Made by a program: the position numbers and the translations under genes. A stretch of DNA of 48,263 nt from a virus (Duplodnaviria > Heunggongvirae > Uroviricota > Caudoviricetes), in the IMG/VR virus record IMGVR_UViG_2534681708_000006, positions 1-48,263 of that record; one strand, 5' to 3'. The notes beneath the pieces were generated by a model that saw only the letters and a list, made by a program, of their open reading frames with translations, was not told the origin of the DNA and did not search any database. Shown here piece by piece: positions 36,713 to 45,408 of this stretch. Within the stretch, counting starts at the first letter, position 1. Each line of letters opens with the position of its first letter.

Positions 36713-37381
36713 ATGTCACTTAATTACTTTGGACAAGCTTTCAAACTGGCGTTTGAAGTATCGCCCATTCTTTTAGTTGATGGCATAGCGTCGAAAATTC
36801 CCGGCGGGGTGATGCCGATTGCTGTTTTGACCGAAGGCCTAAGCATTGCGAATGGTCTACTGCATGGCGAGATACGCACACGCTTGATGGCGGCATTTAC
36901 CCCGATGGCGGGGACAACGTTAGTCCAGCAGGATATTTGCAACCTGAATTTCTATAACCAGGTAACGGCAGCGAATGCGACCGTCAGGAAGCCTAACCGG
37001 GTAGTCATGCAGATGATCCGTCCGGCATCAACGGAGGACGGTGGCTACACCACGAAGGGAATGACGTTCACGGCGCTGAAAATGGCGCTTGATATGCATA
37101 ATCAGTATGGCGGTTGTTACACCGTTCTGACTCCGTCGTTTATCTATACGCGTTGCCTGATGCGGTCGTTTATCGATACATCCGGTTTCTCTGAGCAGAA
37201 CAAGCAAGTGCAGCATACCTGGCAGATTGAATTTGAGCAACCATTGTCATCTGTCGAACAAACAGTAAAGACGCTGGCGAGCGTTCTGGATAAATTTGAT
37301 AAAGGGATGCAGTCAGACGGGCCGCTATCGTGGTCAGGTATTAAGAACCAGGTCGTGCAGGAGTTTGGTATTGGCTTATGA
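36713..37381 (+). CDS. Putative tail protein
   Basis: Position. Confidence 0.4.
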   Translation: MSLNYFGQAFKLAFEVSPILLVDGIASKIPGGVMPIAVLTEGLSIANGLLHGEIRTRLMAAFTPMAGTTLVQQDICNLNFYNQVTAANATVRKPNRVVMQMIRPASTEDGGYTTKGMTFTALKMALDMHNQYGGCYTVLTPSFIYTRCLMRSFIDTSGFSEQNKQVQHTWQIEFEQPLSSVEQTVKTLASVLDKFDKGMQSDGPLSWSGIKNQVVQEFGIGL

Positions 37382-37644
37382 CAACGTTAATTCCTTTCAA
37401 ACCGGACGGGCGAGGTCCGTTTCAGTTCACGGCCAGAATTGGAGAATATGAAACATTCGCCCGCGTTCCGTTTAATCTGTATGCAAATCGTTACTACCTG
37501 GAACTGAAAGACAGTTCTGGCGACGTGATTGTGTACATGCCGTTGATCGCGTCACCTGACAATTACGACATCAATCTGGCGCTGCCTTGTTCACCGGGGA
37601 AACTTGTTTTTCGCGAAAGTACGAATCAGTTTGAGGTTTCGTAA
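37378..37644 (+). CDS. Putative tail protein
   Basis: Position; overlapping start/stop. Confidence 0.4.
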   Translation: MTTLIPFKPDGRGPFQFTARIGEYETFARVPFNLYANRYYLELKDSSGDVIVYMPLIASPDNYDINLALPCSPGKLVFRESTNQFEVS

Positions 37645-38651
37645 TGCGTTATTACCGACTGGAAATTATTAATCCTAAAACAGGCAAGCCGCCTGTGGAT
37701 AGCAATGGAAAACCCATTGGACCTTTTGATACCAGTGAAACACCAGGATGTGGATTGCATGTCGAATTTGACTTTGAAGTAACTGGTTTGGATGTAGTCT
37801 GTTCGGGTACGATGCTGACGATCTATGGATTACCAATTGACATGCTGAAGCAAAGCGTGAGTTTGCAGGGTTGTCTGGTCCGTATGAAAGCAGGCTTTGT
37901 TCAGGGATTACCACTGGCAAATAAGGATCAACAGGGGGAGGTAATCTATGGTGAAATTTATCTGGCCTATGCCAACTGGATCGGTACGAACCAGACTTTG
38001 AACCTGGTAATAAATCCAAGCATACGCAAAACCGATGACGGTAAACCTTTTTCAATTGAGGGGCAGGGGGAAGCAGGGGAAAGGGTAGGCGATGTTTTAG
38101 TCCGCGCTTTGCAAAAAGCATATCCCAATAAATTGATTGATTGCACAGTCAGCGACAACCTGGTTTTGCCAGAGCCGTGGACGGGAAAATATACGGAGAT
38201 TGGTTCTCTGGCTATGGTCGTAAAAAACGCCTCTATTGCGATGATGCGTAATGAAAGGTATAGCGGAATCGCCATCAGTATTCTTTCCGACAGAATACGA
38301 ATTTACGATAACGCGTCAGCAAAGTGGGGTGAGCCAAAAACAATTCATGCCCATGAACTGGTCGGGCAGCCGACATGGATAGCACCGTTTACCGTCAGTT
38401 TCAAATGTCCTATGAGAGGCGATATCAGATGTGGTGATGTGGTTAAACTGCCGGAGGGGCTATATTCTGGCGCTGCGTCGATTGTGATGGCTAATACAAC
38501 GGCACCCAGCGTTATCGCAAAAAATTCGACCACGTTCACCGGGAAATTTCTTGTGAAATCGGTCAGACACATTGGTTCGTATCTGACAGCTGATGGCGAT
38601 GCCTGGGTGACGGTATTTGAGGCATATGCTGAGAACTGGGCGAGGGTGTAA
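37644..38651 (+). CDS. Putative baseplate hub/tail protein
   Basis: Position. Confidence 0.4.
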   Translation: MRYYRLEIINPKTGKPPVDSNGKPIGPFDTSETPGCGLHVEFDFEVTGLDVVCSGTMLTIYGLPIDMLKQSVSLQGCLVRMKAGFVQGLPLANKDQQGEVIYGEIYLAYANWIGTNQTLNLVINPSIRKTDDGKPFSIEGQGEAGERVGDVLVRALQKAYPNKLIDCTVSDNLVLPEPWTGKYTEIGSLAMVVKNASIAMMRNERYSGIAISILSDRIRIYDNASAKWGEPKTIHAHELVGQPTWIAPFTVSFKCPMRGDIRCGDVVKLPEGLYSGAASIVMANTTAPSVIAKNSTTFTGKFLVKSVRHIGSYLTADGDAWVTVFEAYAENWARV

Positions 38652-39364
38652 TGTCAAACGCTCAAAAATTACCGTTTCTCCGAACGCTGTCGGAGATGAT
38701 GACCAGTTCTGGCAACCAGCAAGCCGAGCTTAAAGGACGCGAATTGCCCTGCCATGTTGTCGATGTCAGTGGGCAGATAGTGACCGTTCAGTTTGATATG
38801 TTGCCAGAGGGGATCAACTTTCCGCAGATAACAATCCCTGTCGCCACATTCCCGTATATTCGTTACCCGATACAGCCGGGCGATCGAGGAGTAACAATTG
38901 CCGCAGATGTATCACTGCGCGGTGTGTCCGGATTGGGAACCGGTATGGCGACGCTCTCTTACTCGATGTCACTCACTCCACTGTTTTTCGTGCCACTGGC
39001 AAACAAGGACTGGTCCGACGAAGATCCGCAAAAAATCGTTTTGTACGGTCCGGATGGCGCGATCCTCAAAACAGAGGACGGCAGTAGCTCGGTAACGGTG
39101 GCACCGGAAGAAATCAGGCTAAATTCGAAAGCTGTTTACCTCGAGGCCGAAGATATTTTCCTGAACGGGAAAATTCACCTCAACGGTCCAATCGTCCAGG
39201 ACAAAGCCCAGATGAAGGATACAACAGCTTCGCTGATTGGCCCTCTCAAGGTCGAGAAGGATGCAGTTATCAACGGCGTGAGCGCCAGCGGCCACAGCCA
39301 TGATGTGACCGGCGTTCAAAGCGGCAACAGCACGATCACGTCGAAGAAACCAAATCCGGGTTAA
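38651..39364 (+). CDS. Putative baseplate spike protein (gpV-like)
   Basis: 237 aa; position before W/J/I-like genes. Confidence 0.4.
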   Translation: MSNAQKLPFLRTLSEMMTSSGNQQAELKGRELPCHVVDVSGQIVTVQFDMLPEGINFPQITIPVATFPYIRYPIQPGDRGVTIAADVSLRGVSGLGTGMATLSYSMSLTPLFFVPLANKDWSDEDPQKIVLYGPDGAILKTEDGSSSVTVAPEEIRLNSKAVYLEAEDIFLNGKIHLNGPIVQDKAQMKDTTASLIGPLKVEKDAVINGVSASGHSHDVTGVQSGNSTITSKKPNPG

Positions 39365-39403
39365 TACCGGTTCATTTCACTTTAAATTCTATCCATAAAG
39401 CGA

Positions 39404-39440
39404 AAGCCCCGAACTGTTGCAGCAGTCGGGGCTTTTTGTT
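39404..39440 (+). terminator. Intrinsic terminator (12-bp stem with one bulge + TTTTTGTTT)
   Basis: Read directly after the spike gene. Confidence 0.6.
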
Positions 39441-39469
39441 TCTGACCTTGAATAAGGCAAGGAGAAGTC

Positions 39470-39607
39470 GTGTTTGATTTTAGCAAACTGATTCGGGAGA
39501 TTCGAGTTATGGCTGAAAAATTATCCACCTGGAAGTTTTTGCTTATTTGGTTGGTCTTTCTGATTCTGGCGTCTGGTTATTTTGTTGGCCAGATCCGATG
39601 GTGGTGA
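39470..39607 (+). CDS. Small hydrophobic peptide (45 aa, single predicted TM)
   Basis: GTG with GGAG RBS; hand-translated; below the ORF-track cutoff. Confidence 0.25.
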   Translation: MFDFSKLIREIRVMAEKLSTWKFLLIWLVFLILASGYFVGQIRWW

Positions 39608-39614
39608 GGGCACG

Positions 39615-39962
39615 ATGAGAACATGGGGCCGCGTCACTGACGCGAACGGCAACAAAAAATGGGTTGCAGTAGAATCTGACACCAGCGGTGATTTCTCCTA
39701 CGGCTGGCTGACGACGCTCATTCAGACGTTAAAGCTGGGGTTGGGGGAGTCGCCGTTTTACGCGAATTACGGCATTCCTGCGCAGCAGTGCATCGTGCAG
39801 CAGATTTACCCGGACTACTATGTGAACATGGTTCAGCAACAGTTTGCCGGGTATTTTGCATCGCTGGCAATTTCAAAGGTAGATGGGGCAGAGAACCCCA
39901 CCTATAACATCGATGTTGTGTTTTTTAACGGAACCAGTTACCGGACGCAGGTTCCGGTTTGA
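39615..39962 (+). CDS. Hypothetical protein (gpW-like baseplate position)
   Basis: 115 aa from ATG inside ORF 39582..39962. Confidence 0.4.
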   Translation: MRTWGRVTDANGNKKWVAVESDTSGDFSYGWLTTLIQTLKLGLGESPFYANYGIPAQQCIVQQIYPDYYVNMVQQQFAGYFASLAISKVDGAENPTYNIDVVFFNGTSYRTQVPV

Positions 39963-40498
39963 GGCAAGTTTTCGGGTATCAATTGGGCCAGTGGCGTATT
40001 AAGAAGTTCATCGCGTGGCATGACAATCCATCCACTTTTGCGTAGTAAGTGAATTGCCCATTCTGTGGTTATAACTGAGCCTGATTTGTGGTGCTCAATG
40101 TGGGTAACCGATCCGTTTCTGACGCGCATGATGATGTCAACATTCAGAGGGGGTTGTGTGCTGGTAGTTTCTTCGCGTAGTTTCTTCTCGCACTCGATGA
40201 AGTATCGGCGGATCTGGCGGCCTTTTTCGTTGCGTTCGACCATAGCCAGCTCTTTGGCGGTGTCCAGGGTGAGATGGTAGTCTTTGGCTGGTCTGCCTCT
40301 ACCGATTTTTTCCCGATTTTGGGAAATAATCAAAAAGTCCTGATTTTCTACGAATTCATACTCGCTGATTCGTTCGGTAATCCAAGTGGCAAAGCGTTTA
40401 CCTACTTCGAGAAAGGCATGCAGATCGCGAGCGTTGCATAGAAGGATGGTTTCGTTCGAAATGGTTCCGTTGAACACGGTGATGAGTTGGGTGGTCAT
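39938..40498 (-). CDS. Antirepressor (AntA-type N-terminal domain)
   Basis: 186 aa from MTTQLITVFNGTISNETILLCNARDLHAFLEVGKRFATWITERI; AAGAGG RBS; opposite strand within tail module. Confidence 0.6.
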   Translation of the reverse strand: MTTQLITVFNGTISNETILLCNARDLHAFLEVGKRFATWITERISEYEFVENQDFLIISQNREKIGRGRPAKDYHLTLDTAKELAMVERNEKGRQIRRYFIECEKKLREETTSTQPPLNVDIIMRVRNGSVTHIEHHKSGSVITTEWAIHLLRKSGWIVMPRDELLNTPLAQLIPENLPQTGTCVR

Positions 40499-40835
40499 AG
40501 TAACCTCTTTTGGCTTTTTTCGAATTGCCACTAACGTAGTGGCGCCGGGAGGTTCGAAACGGCCCAAAAGATACCGCGGACTTATTCCCCTTTCGGGTGT
40601 TGTATTCGTCGCCCTCCCGACATTGATCGGGGTTGTGATCGCACATATTGCCATCACAAAAAAAAGGCATAAAAAAACCAACACATTGTAGGGTGCTGGG
40701 TAATCAGCTTTTGGGGGAGGTTTCGACGCCTCATGCGTCCAATCATACTCAACTGGGCGCGGTTGTAAAGTATGAACTTGAACAGACATTAAGAATGGGT
40801 AAAATTTGTTCTCCTGTTTTATAAGGAGATTAAGG

Positions 40836-41582
40836 ATGTCTAAGTTAAAATTATTTGTAGTGTTTACCTTTTTATTACAAATAGGAACTGCGAATGCAGT
40901 ATCTTTTGATTGCTCGAAAGCTAAATCATATTCTGAAAAGTTAATTTGCAACAACAGTGAATTATCTGAACTTGATGATAAATTAAATTCTTTATATCAA
41001 AAAGTAAAGTTAGAGAGCACTGATAAGAAAGCTTTTAGAAAAATTGTTTCAGACTTGTGGAATGAAAGAGAGAAGTGCAAAACAGAATCATGTGTTCGAC
41101 AATGGTATTCTAATGCATTCAGGGAATATTCATCTTTAAATGAAATTAATGAGAACATAATCAATGAATCAGAGAATTACGCTGAATGGTATATTGATGG
41201 TGCGCTGATAATATTACCTCCATTGGAAGGTGTTAGTAAAAATAGATTCCTGATGTATGGCGATGATGGAACAATAGCTATTTTTATTGCTTCAAAATCT
41301 AAAGGTAATGGATTTTGCGATAATTCAGTGCAAATTGATGGCCCATTAGAATATCCACCAATTTTGATTAATGGTGAATATTATAAAACTTATAAATCAT
41401 GCTTGTATGGAAATGGTTTTATAGTGCCAAAAACTGAAATTGGTAAAGCAGTTCTGAAAGAGTTGGTTATGAAAATGAAGCCTATAAAAATTTCTTTTGG
41501 AGACGGCGATGAATTTAACTATCCTCCATCAAATGTAAAAAGAATGCTTGAGAGGGTGGAAAAAATGAAACAGGCAAAATAA
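40836..41582 (+). CDS. Secreted protein with N-terminal LprI/DUF1311-like domain
   Basis: Signal peptide MSKLKLFVVFTFLLQIGTANA; Cys pattern C...C...C with LNSLYQK as in DUF1311; AT-rich; AAGGAG RBS. Confidence 0.55.
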   Translation: MSKLKLFVVFTFLLQIGTANAVSFDCSKAKSYSEKLICNNSELSELDDKLNSLYQKVKLESTDKKAFRKIVSDLWNEREKCKTESCVRQWYSNAFREYSSLNEINENIINESENYAEWYIDGALIILPPLEGVSKNRFLMYGDDGTIAIFIASKSKGNGFCDNSVQIDGPLEYPPILINGEYYKTYKSCLYGNGFIVPKTEIGKAVLKELVMKMKPIKISFGDGDEFNYPPSNVKRMLERVEKMKQAK

Positions 41583-41590
41583 GTTAACTT

Positions 41591-41611
41591 AAAACCGCTT
41601 CGGCGGTTTTT
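41591..41611 (+). terminator. Intrinsic terminator (AAAACCGC-TTCG-GCGGTTTT)
   Basis: Read directly. Confidence 0.6.
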
Positions 41612-41624
41612 ATATAGGGGATAT

Positions 41625-42851
41625 ATGTCAGAAATACCAATTACTATGACCAGTGCGGGTGCGCAGCCTACGCCACCCAATGATTTGCTCGCGAATCTTA
41701 TCACCAGAGTTGCTGAAAAAGTACCTGGATATACAGCCAACCTTCCGGCAGGACTTATTACAGACCTTGCCAGCACGGCAGTAGGGGCGCTGGCATTAAT
41801 AGACCAGGCGCGGGTGGACCTTATTAACTCTGTAAGCCCATACGGCGCGAATATTCCGTTACTGATGCAACTCGGAAACATATATGGAGCACAGAAGGGA
41901 TTAAGTACAAATACGGCGGTATACGTGGTGTTTGAGGCGTTACCGGGGTTTGGTATCCCTAAAGGATTTGTGGTTGGTGACGGTAACTACCAGTATGCAG
42001 TTTCCCGCGATACGGTGGTTCCGGAAAGTGGGCAGACTGAACCAGTCTACTGTGTGGCCACTACGTCAGGCTCATGGGCTGTACCGGAAGGGACCGTGAC
42101 GCAGGTCATTACATCAGTACCAAAAGACCAGCCTGTAAAATGCACGAACCTAACCGCAGGGATGCCAGGTCAGGAGGCGCAAACGTGGGCATCTTACCGC
42201 GCCGAAGTCATGGAGTCCGGCATGTTTGGTGTGCAGGGAACACCGGATTGCTTTAAAGCGATGCTCAAATCAGTAAACGGTGTGCGAGAAAACCTGATTT
42301 CTTTTCGGCAGTCGTCGCTGGGGAAATGGGTTGCGGTTGTTGGTGGCGGTGATCCGTATGATGTGGCTTATGCGATTTACAAATCTGTACCGGATATTTC
42401 GAAACTGACCAACGATGTAAGCAATCCATCCGGTGCGGCAGTGGAAAAACGCACGGTTTCAATAACCGTTTCGCCGGACGTTTATCAGGTGCCGTTCGTT
42501 ATCCCGTCATCACAAAACGTCATGGTGCTAATCACCTGGAACACGGTGTCTGATGATTATGTTGATCCGGCGGGTATTGCTATGGCTGTGCAGCAAAACG
42601 TTGCTGATTACATCAATTCAATTGAAGTCGGACACCCGATAAATCTTCTGCGTATCCAGGATATTTTTACCAGTTCCGTCAGGTTGCTGGTTGATGCGAC
42701 GTTGATCTCAACAATCAGTGTGAGCATTGGTATTAACGGCCATATTGTTCTTCCGGCGAAAGACACAAGCCTGGTTTATGGCGATACCTATTCCTATTTT
42801 TCAACGGTGGCATCACAGGTTCAGGTCAACAAGCATGCAATATCTGACTGA
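41625..42851 (+). CDS. Baseplate J-like protein
   Basis: 408 aa; position and size consistent with P2 gpJ family. Confidence 0.55.
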   Translation: MSEIPITMTSAGAQPTPPNDLLANLITRVAEKVPGYTANLPAGLITDLASTAVGALALIDQARVDLINSVSPYGANIPLLMQLGNIYGAQKGLSTNTAVYVVFEALPGFGIPKGFVVGDGNYQYAVSRDTVVPESGQTEPVYCVATTSGSWAVPEGTVTQVITSVPKDQPVKCTNLTAGMPGQEAQTWASYRAEVMESGMFGVQGTPDCFKAMLKSVNGVRENLISFRQSSLGKWVAVVGGGDPYDVAYAIYKSVPDISKLTNDVSNPSGAAVEKRTVSITVSPDVYQVPFVIPSSQNVMVLITWNTVSDDYVDPAGIAMAVQQNVADYINSIEVGHPINLLRIQDIFTSSVRLLVDATLISTISVSIGINGHIVLPAKDTSLVYGDTYSYFSTVASQVQVNKHAISD

Positions 42852-43461
42852 GAAAATTCTCCCTGCTTATCCATTTGCGCAGTACAGAGATGATCCGAAT
42901 GTTGTTGCGTTCTTTGATGCATACAATGAAATTGCTCAGGAATACCTCGATTCACTCAACAATCTGGCATTGCCATGCTGGACATCGGAATCAATAACCG
43001 GGCAATTACTGGACTGGATTGCACTCGGGATTTATGGCGTTGAAAGGCCTTTACTACAGGTTTCCGAGGAGGCTATTGCACGCGGCGCATACGATACCAT
43101 TGAATACAATACAATCCCTTATGCGGCAATGCGGAATTACGTTCCAGGGCAGGCATCGTATGTCCCTGATGATTATTTCAAACGAATATTAACGTGGAAT
43201 TTTTATAAGGCTGACGGTTCGCATTTCTGCATTGACTGGTTAAAGCGCCGTGTGGCGCGGTTCATTCATGGGAAAAACGGAATAGACCCGCCGTTGCAGC
43301 ACACTTTTGATGTGAGCGTGACTGTATCGGAAAGTGTTTTTTCTATTCAGATACCAGAATATGGTGATGGTATAGGCTATTTTCTGAAAGATGCCATTGA
43401 CCAGAAATATGTAAAACTCCCTTTTATTTATTCCTATGCAACAACGGTGATTCAAAAATGA
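42835..43461 (+). CDS. Putative tail/baseplate protein (gpI position)
   Basis: ATG overlapping previous stop. Confidence 0.45.
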   Translation: MQYLTEKILPAYPFAQYRDDPNVVAFFDAYNEIAQEYLDSLNNLALPCWTSESITGQLLDWIALGIYGVERPLLQVSEEAIARGAYDTIEYNTIPYAAMRNYVPGQASYVPDDYFKRILTWNFYKADGSHFCIDWLKRRVARFIHGKNGIDPPLQHTFDVSVTVSESVFSIQIPEYGDGIGYFLKDAIDQKYVKLPFIYSYATTVIQK

Positions 43462-44840
43462 TTCTTGGATTCGGCAATAACGTTGTTTCAGCACTGGCTG
43501 GTGATATTACGACGATTCAGACTGATATTCCGGTGATGCCGGGCACGGGAGCTAAATTTGCAAAATTGCTTTCTGCCGATTTTGAAAATAAATCGAACGG
43601 GCAACGCGTCTATGCAAAAATTACGCTTACCGATAATAAAGAGTCTGCATTTGAGATTTGTCACCTGGTATCGGTAAGCGGTGATGTGTTGAAAGTCATT
43701 CGTGGGCAGGAAGGAACGACCGCGAAAGGTTGGTCCCTTAATGACGTTGTGGCTAACTTTGCCACGCGTGGTTCGGAAAACTATTTCGTACAGATAGCGC
43801 AGCTTCAGAGCGGTCATTATGTTGCGGGTGTTGCTGGTGGCACTGCAAACGCACTGACGCTGGAACTTCCCTCGACGTTTTTTGTTAATGGAGGTACAGA
43901 CTGGACGCTACGAACCCCGATTATCGTTTTCCCCGTTCAGAACAATACCAACGCGGCGACACTTCAACTAACACTAGGCGGAAAGGTTCTTGGCACGTTC
44001 CCACTTTATAAGGGGAACAAGTCCGGGTTGGTAGCGAATGATATCATTAAGGGTATTCCTTTGATTTGTCTTCTTGATAGCGAGAAAAGCTATTTCAGCG
44101 TGATAAACCCTGGAAATATCTATTCAGATTTTGATCTGCGATATGTAAAAAAATCTGGTGATTTGATGACCGGGGAGCTGAAAATCCGTGGTGTTAATGC
44201 GCTGAGGATTTTCAACGACGCTTTTGGCCTTATTTTTCGTCGTTCGGAAGAGTGCCTGCACCTTATCCCTACCAGTGAAGGTCAGGGCGAGAATGGCGAT
44301 ATTGGTCCACTTCGCCCGTTCACTATTAATCTGCGGACGGGTGAAATATCCATGTCGCATAAAGTGTCTGTTGGCGGTGGTTCTCAGGTCAATGGTGCGC
44401 TGGGTATCGGCGTTCAGAACGCGCTGGGCGGAAACTCAATTGCAATTGGTGACAGTGATACTGGCTTTAAACAGAATGGTGACGGCCTGCTGGATGTTTA
44501 TGCCAATGGACAGCATGTATTCCGTTTTCAGAATGGCGCGTTACAAAGCAATCGGGCGGTGAACGTTACAGGGCGGGTAACACCGTCAGACTACGGAAAC
44601 TTTGATGCACGTTACCAGACGAAATCAGGGAGCGTGCAGAATTTTCAGTATACCAACGAGGTGTTTCACAATCCCGGAGGAAACGAAATCACGTGGACGT
44701 TTCGTGCTCCTTCAGGTTGTGTTTTATCTGGTATTTACGTTCAGGAAACGGGAAGCAGGTCAGCAGATAATATTGGTGGTGTGTATTACAAACAGGCTCA
44801 GATTTATATTGATGGCGCATGGCGCTCCGTATCAGGTTAA
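43458..44840 (+). CDS. Tail fibre protein
   Basis: 460 aa, Gly-rich C-terminal repeats; followed by an assembly chaperone. Confidence 0.55.
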   Translation: MILGFGNNVVSALAGDITTIQTDIPVMPGTGAKFAKLLSADFENKSNGQRVYAKITLTDNKESAFEICHLVSVSGDVLKVIRGQEGTTAKGWSLNDVVANFATRGSENYFVQIAQLQSGHYVAGVAGGTANALTLELPSTFFVNGGTDWTLRTPIIVFPVQNNTNAATLQLTLGGKVLGTFPLYKGNKSGLVANDIIKGIPLICLLDSEKSYFSVINPGNIYSDFDLRYVKKSGDLMTGELKIRGVNALRIFNDAFGLIFRRSEECLHLIPTSEGQGENGDIGPLRPFTINLRTGEISMSHKVSVGGGSQVNGALGIGVQNALGGNSIAIGDSDTGFKQNGDGLLDVYANGQHVFRFQNGALQSNRAVNVTGRVTPSDYGNFDARYQTKSGSVQNFQYTNEVFHNPGGNEITWTFRAPSGCVLSGIYVQETGSRSADNIGGVYYKQAQIYIDGAWRSVSG

Positions 44841-44854
44841 TTATGGAGAAAATA

Positions 44855-45385
44855 ATGGAGCTAAGAAACATTACGCGTTATTACCCTGAAGAGATGCCTT
44901 ATGGAGAAGGTATTCAGTATTTCCGCAGTGAAGACGGGCAGGATTTTTATGAGTCACTGGATAAGTTCACGAAGAAATACAAATTATGTATTCACCCTGA
45001 AACCGGGGTGATTTATTCAGTGGCGGAAGACGTATCCCGTCTTTATCCCGTGGGTTTTACCATCGTGGAAGTGGATGCGTTACCGGAAGGTTTTGGCATT
45101 GAAGCATGCTGGTATTATATGGACGGTGAAGTTCTTCCTGTGCCTGTTGACTACCGACAACAGGTGGAGTCGGAGAGAGCTCGTCTTATATCTCTTGCTG
45201 AACGGGAAATATCTGATAAGAAAATGGATTTACTGCTTGGGCTAATCAGCGAGCAGGATAAGGAAAAACTGAAAATCTGGCGTATTTACGCGAAATCGCT
45301 GCAGGCGATGGATTTCAGCGCCATTACTGATAAAGCCTCATATAACGCCATTGAGTGGCCCGTTTCTCCGGAAATCTCTTCCTGA
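44855..45385 (+). CDS. Tail fibre assembly protein
   Basis: 176 aa; position. Confidence 0.55.
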   Translation: MELRNITRYYPEEMPYGEGIQYFRSEDGQDFYESLDKFTKKYKLCIHPETGVIYSVAEDVSRLYPVGFTIVEVDALPEGFGIEACWYYMDGEVLPVPVDYRQQVESERARLISLAEREISDKKMDLLLGLISEQDKEKLKIWRIYAKSLQAMDFSAITDKASYNAIEWPVSPEISS

Positions 45386-45408
45386 TTTAATTTGTTGAGA
45401 GAATAACT

